Origin: a virus
Virus record (IMG/VR): IMGVR_UViG_3300045973_000209
Location: 1-64,000 of that record
Length of the DNA stretch: 64,000 nucleotides
Reading direction: 5' to 3' (one strand)
The position numbers and the translations under genes are program-made. Shown piece by piece: positions 40,601 to 45,530 of this stretch; the first letter of the stretch is position 1, and every line of letters starts with the position of its first letter. The notes beneath the pieces are model-generated. The model worked only from the letters and a program-made list of their open reading frames with translations. It was not told where the DNA came from and made no database searches.

Positions 40601-43093
40601 ATCCAATTTCTCTTTATTAAGTTTTTTAACAGGAGATTTCTCATCTGCAAAAGGATCAACTTTACTTTTATTAAGATCTTCTATTGTTTTATCAATAGCT
40701 GCAATTTTTTCATCTAATGTTGTAGTATTATCTACTTTAAGATCAACATTAGTCTGTTCTCTTATCTTATTTCTAAATGTATCAAATGCTTTACCATATT
40801 CAATATCAACTGCTAATTTTAATTCACCTTCAGTTTTAGAAATACTTTTATTAGTATTTACTACTTCTTCATAAAGACTATTATCTTTATGTAAAAATAT
40901 ATCATATAATCTTGCTTCTGCTTCAGAATTAATAATATCTTCTACTGAATTAAAATCACCAGTAGCTTGTGTATCTTTTAATTCTTTATCTTTAATTTTA
41001 AATTCATCTTTATATACTTGTGCTCTTTCTTGCATTACTTTTTTAGCAATAGGATCACTTTCTTTACTAATTTCATTATCTATAGTTGCAATAACTCTAG
41101 CATTAATAAGATTATCTAAAGTACCATCAAAGTCTTTATCTTTGTTCTGTTCTTTAAGTGCTTCTAATGCAGGATTATTAGTTCTAAGATTTGCTGACTG
41201 CTGTCTTGCATTATCACGAAGTTTAGTAGTTTGTTTAATCTCAGCTTTTTGATTTATTGCTTCACCAATTATAAGATCTCTTAAATGTTCTTTTCCAGTA
41301 GTAGCAACAAATATCTTACCATATACATTTTTATATGTATGCTCTGCATCAACTATATCAGATTTAATCTTAGCTAAATCTTTATCAAAATTACCATCAC
41401 TACTAACACCCATTTCAATCATTTTTTGTTTGAAATTTGGATGCTCAATCATATCAAGAAGTAACTGAACATTACCTACTCTACTAGCATTAAAACCTAA
41501 TGTATAACCCATTGAAGTTTTAATTCTATCAATTCTTTGTTCTTGACTTTTTTTAATTTCCTCAGGAGTTCCTTCAAATTTCTTATTGGTATTTATATCA
41601 ATACCATCTTGAGTTTTCTTTATATTATCAACATGATTTAATATACTAACGTATCTATTATTAATTTCTTCAATTCTCTGATCAGTTCTATGTGGATCTT
41701 TATAGTCTTTAACTATTTCATCCATACGTTCAACAGCTCTAGTGGCGCCACTAAATATAACACCACCTGCAAATCCCCAAAATGCTTGTTCCCATGTAGA
41801 TGGATTTCTAGCATATACTTTAAATCTATCTATAAGATCATTATTATCAACTATAATATTACCTTGATCATCTTGATGACTATTACCACTATTTGTCATC
41901 TGACCAAGTAACATTTTGCCATAATGATTACCTTCATTCTGAGCAACAGCATTTACTAATTCTTCAACACCTTCTCCAACTTGTTCACCTAAGAATATTT
42001 TTGCTCCTTTAAGAAAAGTACCAGTATTAAACTGTGCTTTTGCAACTGCTTCAGCACCTTGAACTCCAGTTGCAGTAGCTTGAGCAACTTTAGTTGCTTT
42101 AGTAGTTAACCAATCTTTAACTCTAGTTTCAACTTTAAATCCTTTAAATATTGGTGCTAATTGCATAGCGTCAAATACTACGTTGACTGCATTAGTTGCA
42201 TAATCTCTCCATGCTCCTTTAGATGCAATAAAATTAGCAAGTTCTACTTTACTAGGAGTTCTACCTTCACTAAGAAAATCTTTACCTACTTCAGAATTTA
42301 ATACTTCATTATATTTTTTATCATCTTGAAACTGATTTAGTGCATCAGTTTTAACATTATTAAAAGTCTGATTAGATTCTCTAAAGTTTTCAGCATTACG
42401 CATAGTTATAGCACTATGAGTAAGTTTCTGCCAATACTTTTCAGTATCAAATACACTAGCAACTGCATTTACACCTTTAGAAATACCTCGTTCAAGTTTA
42501 GTTGCATCTTGAATTTCAGACATTGCTTTAAGTGCTTTAGCAAAATATCCTGCGACTTTTTCTTCTCCAAGTGCAGGAATTAACATTCCTAATGAACTAA
42601 AAGTACTTACACCATTATTTGCCCACCATGCGGGATCTTTCCAATCAAAACTTTTATTAGGATTATATCTTAAAATAGGAAATTTATCTTGTAAAGTATT
42701 GGTTAAATCATTAGCAAACTGAGTAAGAAAATTATTAAAATCGGCATCTCCTTTAGTAAGTTCATTATGTATTGCTTGAGGTACACCAATTATTCCCCCA
42801 ATTCCACCAACAACACCTTGTCCAAGTATTTCTCCTACTATTCCTTGAGTAAACATATTACCAAACTTGCCAGCAACACTTTGATTAGTTGCAGCTTCAC
42901 GATCAATTGCTTCAGGATATACATTAGGAACAAATCTTTTAAAATGATCTGTAGGTACATCAAAGTTAAATCCTGCTAAATTAGATTCAGTAGGATTACT
43001 AGAAGGAAGTGTACCATATTTAGATGGATCTAAAAGAGTAGGCTTCGGAGTGTCTTTAACTTCGAACTTAGTAGGATCAAGTAGTTCAGGCAT
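25619..43093 (-). CDS. giant virion protein (5,824 aa) containing a DxDxD two-barrel RNA polymerase signature
   Basis: Uninterrupted 17,475-nt ORF. GSDFDMDTVYAF with DFDMD encoded at 33080-33094 (aa 3334-3338). N-terminal Gly-zipper GIVGEILGQGVVGGIGGIIGV. Hydrophobic segment near the C-terminus. Confidence 0.75.
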   Translation of the reverse strand: MPELLDPTKFEVKDTPKPTLLDPSKYGTLPSSNPTESNLAGFNFDVPTDHFKRFVPNVYPEAIDREAATNQSVAGKFGNMFTQGIVGEILGQGVVGGIGGIIGVPQAIHNELTKGDADFNNFLTQFANDLTNTLQDKFPILRYNPNKSFDWKDPAWWANNGVSTFSSLGMLIPALGEEKVAGYFAKALKAMSEIQDATKLERGISKGVNAVASVFDTEKYWQKLTHSAITMRNAENFRESNQTFNNVKTDALNQFQDDKKYNEVLNSEVGKDFLSEGRTPSKVELANFIASKGAWRDYATNAVNVVFDAMQLAPIFKGFKVETRVKDWLTTKATKVAQATATGVQGAEAVAKAQFNTGTFLKGAKIFLGEQVGEGVEELVNAVAQNEGNHYGKMLLGQMTNSGNSHQDDQGNIIVDNNDLIDRFKVYARNPSTWEQAFWGFAGGVIFSGATRAVERMDEIVKDYKDPHRTDQRIEEINNRYVSILNHVDNIKKTQDGIDINTNKKFEGTPEEIKKSQEQRIDRIKTSMGYTLGFNASRVGNVQLLLDMIEHPNFKQKMIEMGVSSDGNFDKDLAKIKSDIVDAEHTYKNVYGKIFVATTGKEHLRDLIIGEAINQKAEIKQTTKLRDNARQQSANLRTNNPALEALKEQNKDKDFDGTLDNLINARVIATIDNEISKESDPIAKKVMQERAQVYKDEFKIKDKELKDTQATGDFNSVEDIINSEAEARLYDIFLHKDNSLYEEVVNTNKSISKTEGELKLAVDIEYGKAFDTFRNKIREQTNVDLKVDNTTTLDEKIAAIDKTIEDLNKSKVDPFADEKSPVKKLNKEKLDAYIDVLNQRRTWLAQQKTTKITEEQSDSYITTKNNELTNTFNKILKDVGVTGVEGKFTGKRHSEANKYITQEVTNLALNPNEALPFGRLVQLVNDSELLKEYTPANLTALRDELNNQFNQFKSGNLLEEIINELLVNAGYIVETKGTTPEGSNKAQEHIDNAQAFKDSLNTEASKNIVDFTSQNPITTNVVDRANKWITGIVNDGENPLFKESPDHGTQFKFETIAARYGELVGANKLREDFDALKQAYTIIRNSKINPETGQKRIYNTDKTLAKITIDKLIEVYGLNDEYKELQINNINNLTPTGGEDVVNTFVYKVDFTTNENGDQVVNDKDLERVTTLLNGVAENSQVIVQINTELSGLQGFSQNKNDSKNVPIIVKLVNDKGGIPLVAIPTLAGIHNGVKYNFDGKDWTDDIINDASTTNSKLEYINRLMPLIQAFYNAKKMKASSAEVSQAYSDLLDADVHGILYDLVPKSINLRSNDGMTAFIHISNVLFHGMNTEGVTPIAFKRNDIIANVIRWKDKLIRDQIGYTKIREILGTDIDKVITSKVKHITSGTLVKSQDSKGNIIWRNLSVVNDPSKVQFYIIQNNSNKTVVENTRDNKDTVVKQGLTQTFSSSFLMGVSDNRGNKTVVPVQINSLNGKLLTDKNSDKVLEEISNLIINLGKEKALAVAAFNSKDQVKVEEHQKNDKIITDRLKTVLNIQHESQGHTNELVVSNHDIRFKSGNDYYVYDYYSKKFRTERTEGKNKITKVITPSEFTEALGNLNRNVNYQLLGGKPFTDILGNKHNSYEEYLVNSNTVVTDIGQLVDKKGNKISNFTLRQDGTGNQTPLSLNIDTSKIKTETNTTPSLRKFTLDYQLDKRYNFATEFIDTLIRSGKIKFNGVVSGKKIDKETGNPVMVYYTPSKNSISITQAWVDLYKKDQIAATLALMHDMIHALNGTRSKEEQTKLTESLDKFRDDIKNTPEYKELSEKVDKNDIDNKILTILNMKDSEEILTYGLTDIDFARYLDTIKSTEDTTGKTFWSKLKDLIREIAKSFGISTKLDELNNIFNQFIGGEKISSISNTSKELLGEIPTDTTAQEYADEFGEDGVEKPIISFEKDSNSKTFKPVSYSSTVNKELTGSPFEIDEEKNILNVLSNITIERLASKYKGVKGSDVIVDQIRTEIRKEFWLQYTQRKKDGNITPDQETLILKALRELRDNDKFWKYFRIHLSNQYGYNINEQEDYIQDIELLEKSWDQTDVLTKNPLSTVADQIKNLINRTYEVNPNLSTIVDGKVVYRTNEKTPTGFANTLNFSEVGNKLIDLMRGSLTKEDMLTALFNYASDQNTVLSKSLYNIHKELSNNPELLNAWFTSFDKAILDSYRDLTREVSTESDTLHEININHGNKNAIEYFIANEWTNNIVSKGENGFFDKDWYDEYTKQYKEVSALSSNFSKLPAEAAAGIVQLYNLLRMEVSIDNLNYEFKNYQDTFINTMIAPLRNIAGIPGKDYSKEKNVPYIVQLQTNPKVAFNEFGNLLRFASKVKYFREDHFNFSSTNLNNNLVFDATNPSFLSNFFKKLEDTDEVVFNALVNHTKILSNQHSLLLWGDQIVEGEIVKKGRGIFDYTIVNNIRQATGINKENLGRIKSFGYEGTKDLNEGFANEYADLTKHDWTLKNLIYYFGGGETIKENNVSKKLTAIFPLINPSDRKNTRLFESPIVELSRADFENLLIGINTKGEEGLKLVREIPIFKAIYLNAVDELIAMNTAKQILFQLDNNGRVLVDENQNPLVKQEILDGTQSGQIYYHYKEDENGNKVYCQFVKKENGHYGLDTKRSGNIFDLNNLTIKVGSAQTIFSDIFINGINFTKHLLTSDSLNNALHTPLNKEDVNSTFKNRLEQFILNFVSSQIINANNTLTVYKDFLEKAYVKKENLNREEKSYILKDKQFNHAIAEYALNSYLFNIEQVRLFYGSVADYKSNVDLNKRGGQVIANGIPSVHKGIYYGATINDVKLKSKVYRHKINTVTLGLGYKLEDIRVSRLNKQYTEEELKNPKLFTDAEREVYNIVSPYLSNDSANAVSLIRFDEFVKRISGFGLTDNYKTIINKVRNGQELDRGDTTKFASMQKNFYYSMDYNEFLQKMVPTQVKNAEVVLTPALIKDLQLENLDKMMDKLNLSQINLRSAEKEGSLYIANIADEDGNITDDNTLEQELTKATRSYNYEGLRMQLEVSNSLYEDSITMSRQFVKKVIENIPDELEYKVKDKKLQGNALKQHYFDLINSNIYQDACRTLTPFDVRVDKNGRIIGELNYDNISTILEKEGIDRNLTKNIIYSITKDDEGRAMLPIFFNTNSNKWENILTSLFTNGVTNQKFPGLKAAQMSSLFMNKQKGVKWSQLTSTEGVNWHKSMEATTNVDGKEVQRKDLKLHSTILYDEKEGKGNMIQEAEVLLPRWAKQFYKEDANGKKEYVDINTLSDEVRTMIGYRIPMEAKYSAYVFKVVGFLPDDNGPSIVLPDDFVTQTGSDFDMDTVYAFIYGLQTNYTTETVNGEEHHTPIVERIPFIEGDSLSNINSRVQSIMQDRSQLVHVLSTEYNNKEITDLIVGMNKAMSSYFELIKDNPLEYKAYQQYQNEIKAYEDQIAKATGATKTKLIRDKFNIYKYDVATFDHYKESPEFKDVEKKIFDIISSWNENEQNTKKARENRIMDVYYGILTNPYHYQETIATSNFNDITNAKKLTDKGLSLTNDKINNLTIDGQQDYREKSHQGRDLKGISLALDRFNSIAQVARINLTEKLNDDKNKISKFSTLPVIEYLVTSSARHKQIQDLYGDDVKFEKRGVGENINEYAIVTHRFIGNNPTNTFKNVEGKLINSYSAQTTANILDNVAFPLPSNINEYTVSIWKMLVSLGSNFETSTSLINQPIIRDLTDTFFLNANNVKRGSEIEQTKRKFQTLLYRIILAQTDKHIKGWDTAIEDGKLIFIGGGDKMKDEQYKYLGYENGRGINLNSEELLKNINTITFTNETSKEVESAITDKNIDRLKEVENQLRYQLQILETFKHLKSYSDAVTDGTNTLNTDKIGAGPTFSVTRKLLYDIKRTNEQGILEINGASAMSRIFPKYLLGKNSPIKSSYPTLEHFLTFSNLLSLQAFSRHFIGESQFYTLIKEEINKYTTDKKYDDKLTNKLTSYLNNSLLKDLPWLNDLSIEEKRTILGIETELDYSLDLKTPESIEVFNQLSVANQVELLRYHNDYGNDHLLNHLRTRLQDSEIKKYRHHQIEYVNNDIPDTISQTFNDLWYSDNEFERVTARNLLRYEYIVNGFGFGYTSFSKIIPNTLFSYANEPFMEGSNNEKGIGLSDHLYNKLDEVNNLEFDEDEKNRPQEMTQYSDQIFNSNYKERFLKSNWQDDNIVPNAALLTRYDKTIQNEDGSYGRSVRYFQVRKDGIIVMPIKTLDNIPTGKIANKVKERDVIKLNHVVKNADENEVTKWQLYQAYRSFIDVDEWGNRSGTMYYYPINKLEKSENEERSIFEDNNQFKDGTEIQSPDDYIGMINHLNLKESIDKKMFTTRVIASNLQSIREGKTTAFTVGGLDSAEVWSKLKVGEYVQINLDGEYVKVTKPLMNINLTGLPARLKWAEENQLPIERLHEVKDGIEHQNRTDLFEFHFEYVGNLDAVMKDANATFSNEGDTDEDFNQTSTTISSTKDRFNEIKQTAIKNINKGNIGYYTIFRNIQDKEQNLKANTKEELIKLIDETISPIGFGNNTNNIVGKTFDFNVGEDEKGEQYRQKVIINNVRLLPDNNYNIIAKNKNNGNEYNMVTDQNGSIISYTRNGKTFKGNINDEIVFLADSYVNPISDIKPVSYTSSTNQSINNAIDSVKPFIDKTTGSYANRIKILTGVGTLKDAVKLLGDKQFQVLIEQNDLATLATGLTTVLKQYDFDLSDPKTETKKGGILARLNEFENMDMNTILTDAITRKSFTGFLSRTHSFFMGATSFDLLKSVDSNELLPEEKVVTDVIKQLQNLLPTINNAQNRVDALSTKFYEQNLQKFTSNPEILAGLRKIMDVGDDESYVQLKLDALADTNNPFVANMVKQYMVNMINGEDDASKNIGELEGLLRKAFAGKNITSLTDADFSKYLETKDGKRTGKLIQKYDMDKFYADKKRHFQYLIKTYGAKSQSYYNGSKAWYNKNEQRNISDEEFENIVRQKKEDLSASEFTAWKKRNIREVDGEVRFLVGDSSLATPSDLYINPKWTALKDDKLYQKFVEILTKYTDYFGRATVLNKGFIPTLQEHGEDTRSISEKVKDWIAVNKIHDESEHFVGENDEMVYRLTIPMVDYFSQEKEIEIPHRTKDELQSDYEKRVVGAGNASGKGRFKTIGEVFNRNKEIKTANDAYHAGKLNYNLADVFTRFIKEATTYKVKADMKHEYDLGLFKLRDLKFNKRQSTGEIIKNKAASKILDKNITGTVNGEGTNIEKHYAEWLEAIFYGNFDIEEGAWTTISKMLMKYTSMKNMWFNMTAGVNNVIIGKIQIKMEAFAGWYFKSENLRKADKMYISTIPDIISSLGSTRSKTLTGAIIKKMDITQNTNERDFSTGMLRKQLFSWSSAYFMNDMGEHYMQNVSTLAMLDHYRIINGNIKSLADYQFDNYKEALQSILNDEEKVKLDAYLKARFAEEEFKEAKHDYLRDYILTLPISKGNAFVEAKKVIDKDSLVKFEVNPKLHDAFYLDENGYAQLQDEVEIDGKKVSTMLNENEYAKFRNKAVKVVQKQQGIYNKEDANTMSRRALGKMVIQFRKYMRPGWNKRFGTKFGKSFWTESRDEYDKGSYVSLYRFLTSPLNRTKVMDDEEGKQFQSAMGRIMSDYGKFITNIGIYWNTLDDFEKGNIKRALLEFGYLAMCLLAGAMVKHLKPTDDDKDWGYDLTAYEIDRALSELMMYTPFGVINEGTKILKSPAAVQGTAIDLYKAAASLVSYPFQTDKTRVYSTGVYKGDTKLKVNTVKLVPIWNKVQQIQRINKFNKYYILFRG

Positions 43094-43094
43094 A

Positions 43095-45512
43095 TTATTT
43101 GGAGTTAGAAAGTGCTTTGTTGTGTTGTATATATAAACTTCTTATCATATCAGGAATACTATTTCCAATAGCAACTGGAAGATTAGTAGGAGTAGTTACT
43201 CCATTTCTAAGTGCAGATTCTGGAGTAATAAATAAACTATAATTTACTCCATCTCCAGTTGAATTTGCAGTAGGTTTTAGTTCCATTGTATATGATTTAT
43301 TACCAAAAGGAACATTTAAAATAGTTCTTTCATCTTTAAGATTTTGTCCACCACCTAGTTCAACTCCTACTGCAAGATTATTTAATAATGGAGCAAATGT
43401 ATCTCCATATAATGACATTGCCATTCCTTCTTCTGCATAATTTTTTATTTCAGGTGCAGTAGAATTATCATAAAGATATTTACTATTTGTAAATAAATCT
43501 GCATTTTTTACAGAAGCATCAGGTCTAATAGTAACTGGAGGAATAATAGGTGCTGTTACACCATTTGGAAAATTCTTATTTGGTGTAAATTTAATAACTC
43601 CTGTTCCAAATCCAGTAGAAGTATTATCACTAGGAAAATATTCAACATTCCATTGATCAGGATTATAACCTGCACCTTTAAGTTTATTATCTTTAATAAG
43701 TTTAGGAATATAATCTTGTAATTTAATAGGTTCTCCTTGTTTATTTAAATTACCAGGAAGTATCCAACTATCTCCATGTTGTTTAATATAGTCACCTTGT
43801 TGTGCATGAAATGGAGATTGTTTACCATCTTCTCCTCTAAATACTCTATAATTATTTTCAATAGTTAAACCATTCTTAAGTTGTTTATCAATTTCTTTTT
43901 GAAATTGAATCTTAGAGTCTTGAAGATGACTAAATTGAGGCACATATGTCATAACTGGAAATCCACCTACAGATGGTGTAGGAACTTTATTAGGATCGGT
44001 TCCAACTGGAATTCCACCTCTATTAAATAATAATGCAACATCATCTGGTATAGTACCAGTTCCAGTAAGATAATCTTTAAATGCTTGTTTATATGTTTTA
44101 TTTGCAATATCTACTTTATCTAAAGGTAATTCTTTAGTTGCATCATTCCATAATTTATCAACTAATATTTGTCCATTAGGAGTATCAGCAAATGTTTTAC
44201 TAAGAACTTGTATATTCTGAGTTTGTTCTTTATATTTCTGAATAATATCAGGAGTTTGTGGTTGTGCATGTAATTGATCAGCATAATTTTGAGCATCTCG
44301 CATACTATAATCTGTAGTATATAATCCTGCTTTATCTGAACTCATATAAGCAAGTCCAGCAGCAGTTTCTTTTTCTTTCTGTGCTTTTCTATTTAACCAA
44401 TATCCTTCATCTTTAATAGTATCAACTGCAGCAACTTTTTGAAAAGCAAACTTTTCATAATCTTCTGCTATTCCATTTAATTGACTATTAAGTTTATGAC
44501 TTAAATACGTTTGTTTTAAAGCATCTTCTAATGATAATTTATCTTCATTCATTAAAAGTTTAACATTAGCACTTTCCATTAAACTAGAAGGAGCATCTTT
44601 AATTTGAACACTTTTACCTTTTTTATCTTTTACTATATCAAACTCACCTTTACCATTAATATAATGTTGATAATTATCAAGGAGATTACCATTATTATCT
44701 ACATTCCAACCAAGATTTCTATATTCATCTACTAATTGAGGAAGAATACTTTTAGTATGAACATCACCTTTGTTATCAATAACTCCAGTTTTAGCAAGTA
44801 AATCAGCATTATTAATATATTGATAATATCCTTTTACTTCTGGACTATTAGCAAGATATCCTTTTACTAATCCAAATATCTTATCTGCACCAACACCTTC
44901 ACTTCTAACTCTTTCTAAATATCCAGTGTTAACACCATTTTTATCTAATATAGTTCTTAATCCACTATCAATACTATCTGGATTTTTAAGAAGTATATCA
45001 ATCATTTTAGTTGCTTGTGTATCTATATCAGGTTTATTTGGTGCAGAAATATTTGCCCATCTATTTTTTATAGTGCCAGTTGGATCAACTTCAATTGATT
45101 TAGTATTATAAAATTTATTATATACATTATACGCATCTAATACTTCCTGAGTAGTCTTTCCTTCTTCAAATCTCTTCTGTAATTCAGTTTGTTCACTAGT
45201 TTTTTTTGCATAATCTTCAACAGATGCATTTAATGCTTTATCATTTACAATTCTATCTTTAGCATTAAATAAAGCATTAGTTGCATACTGCCACTGACCA
45301 TTAACACTATTTAATATTTGTTCTGTGTCAGTAGTTGCTTTTGCAAGTATATTTAAATTACGATCTTCTACTTTAGTATTAGACATTGCTTGTCTAAGCA
45401 TACTAGATTGTTCTCTATTCTTATAATAACTATTTTCAAGTGCCTGTCCAGTCTGTTCATAAGTCTGAATAGGAAGAGGTTTATAAGTAGATTGAAATTG
45501 AGCAAATTTCAT
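43095..45512 (-). CDS. large virion (cargo/tail) protein, function unknown
   Basis: 805-aa ORF; its stop lies 1 nt from the giant ORF start; no motif recognised. Confidence 0.65.
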   Translation of the reverse strand: MKFAQFQSTYKPLPIQTYEQTGQALENSYYKNREQSSMLRQAMSNTKVEDRNLNILAKATTDTEQILNSVNGQWQYATNALFNAKDRIVNDKALNASVEDYAKKTSEQTELQKRFEEGKTTQEVLDAYNVYNKFYNTKSIEVDPTGTIKNRWANISAPNKPDIDTQATKMIDILLKNPDSIDSGLRTILDKNGVNTGYLERVRSEGVGADKIFGLVKGYLANSPEVKGYYQYINNADLLAKTGVIDNKGDVHTKSILPQLVDEYRNLGWNVDNNGNLLDNYQHYINGKGEFDIVKDKKGKSVQIKDAPSSLMESANVKLLMNEDKLSLEDALKQTYLSHKLNSQLNGIAEDYEKFAFQKVAAVDTIKDEGYWLNRKAQKEKETAAGLAYMSSDKAGLYTTDYSMRDAQNYADQLHAQPQTPDIIQKYKEQTQNIQVLSKTFADTPNGQILVDKLWNDATKELPLDKVDIANKTYKQAFKDYLTGTGTIPDDVALLFNRGGIPVGTDPNKVPTPSVGGFPVMTYVPQFSHLQDSKIQFQKEIDKQLKNGLTIENNYRVFRGEDGKQSPFHAQQGDYIKQHGDSWILPGNLNKQGEPIKLQDYIPKLIKDNKLKGAGYNPDQWNVEYFPSDNTSTGFGTGVIKFTPNKNFPNGVTAPIIPPVTIRPDASVKNADLFTNSKYLYDNSTAPEIKNYAEEGMAMSLYGDTFAPLLNNLAVGVELGGGQNLKDERTILNVPFGNKSYTMELKPTANSTGDGVNYSLFITPESALRNGVTTPTNLPVAIGNSIPDMIRSLYIQHNKALSNSK

Positions 45513-45530
45513 AGTAGTATAATTAATATA

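Noticed and set aside
27413-42979. Seven plus-strand ORFs of 60-90 aa (27413, 28752, 30023, 32510, 37031, 41690, 42767) lying antisense inside the giant gene
   Set aside because: They are I/F/S/N/K-rich low-complexity translations, as expected from the antisense frame of AT-rich coding DNA. Each lies wholly within a 17.5-kb uninterrupted ORF, and none has independent start context. The same reasoning applies to the other listed antisense or alternate-frame ORFs: 3286, 3992, 7228, 8152, 9073, 9285, 10707, 10828, 10934, 12569, 15036, 16843, 17886, 18916, 20840, 22373, 44926, 47274, 52607, 53814, 55012 and 59358.
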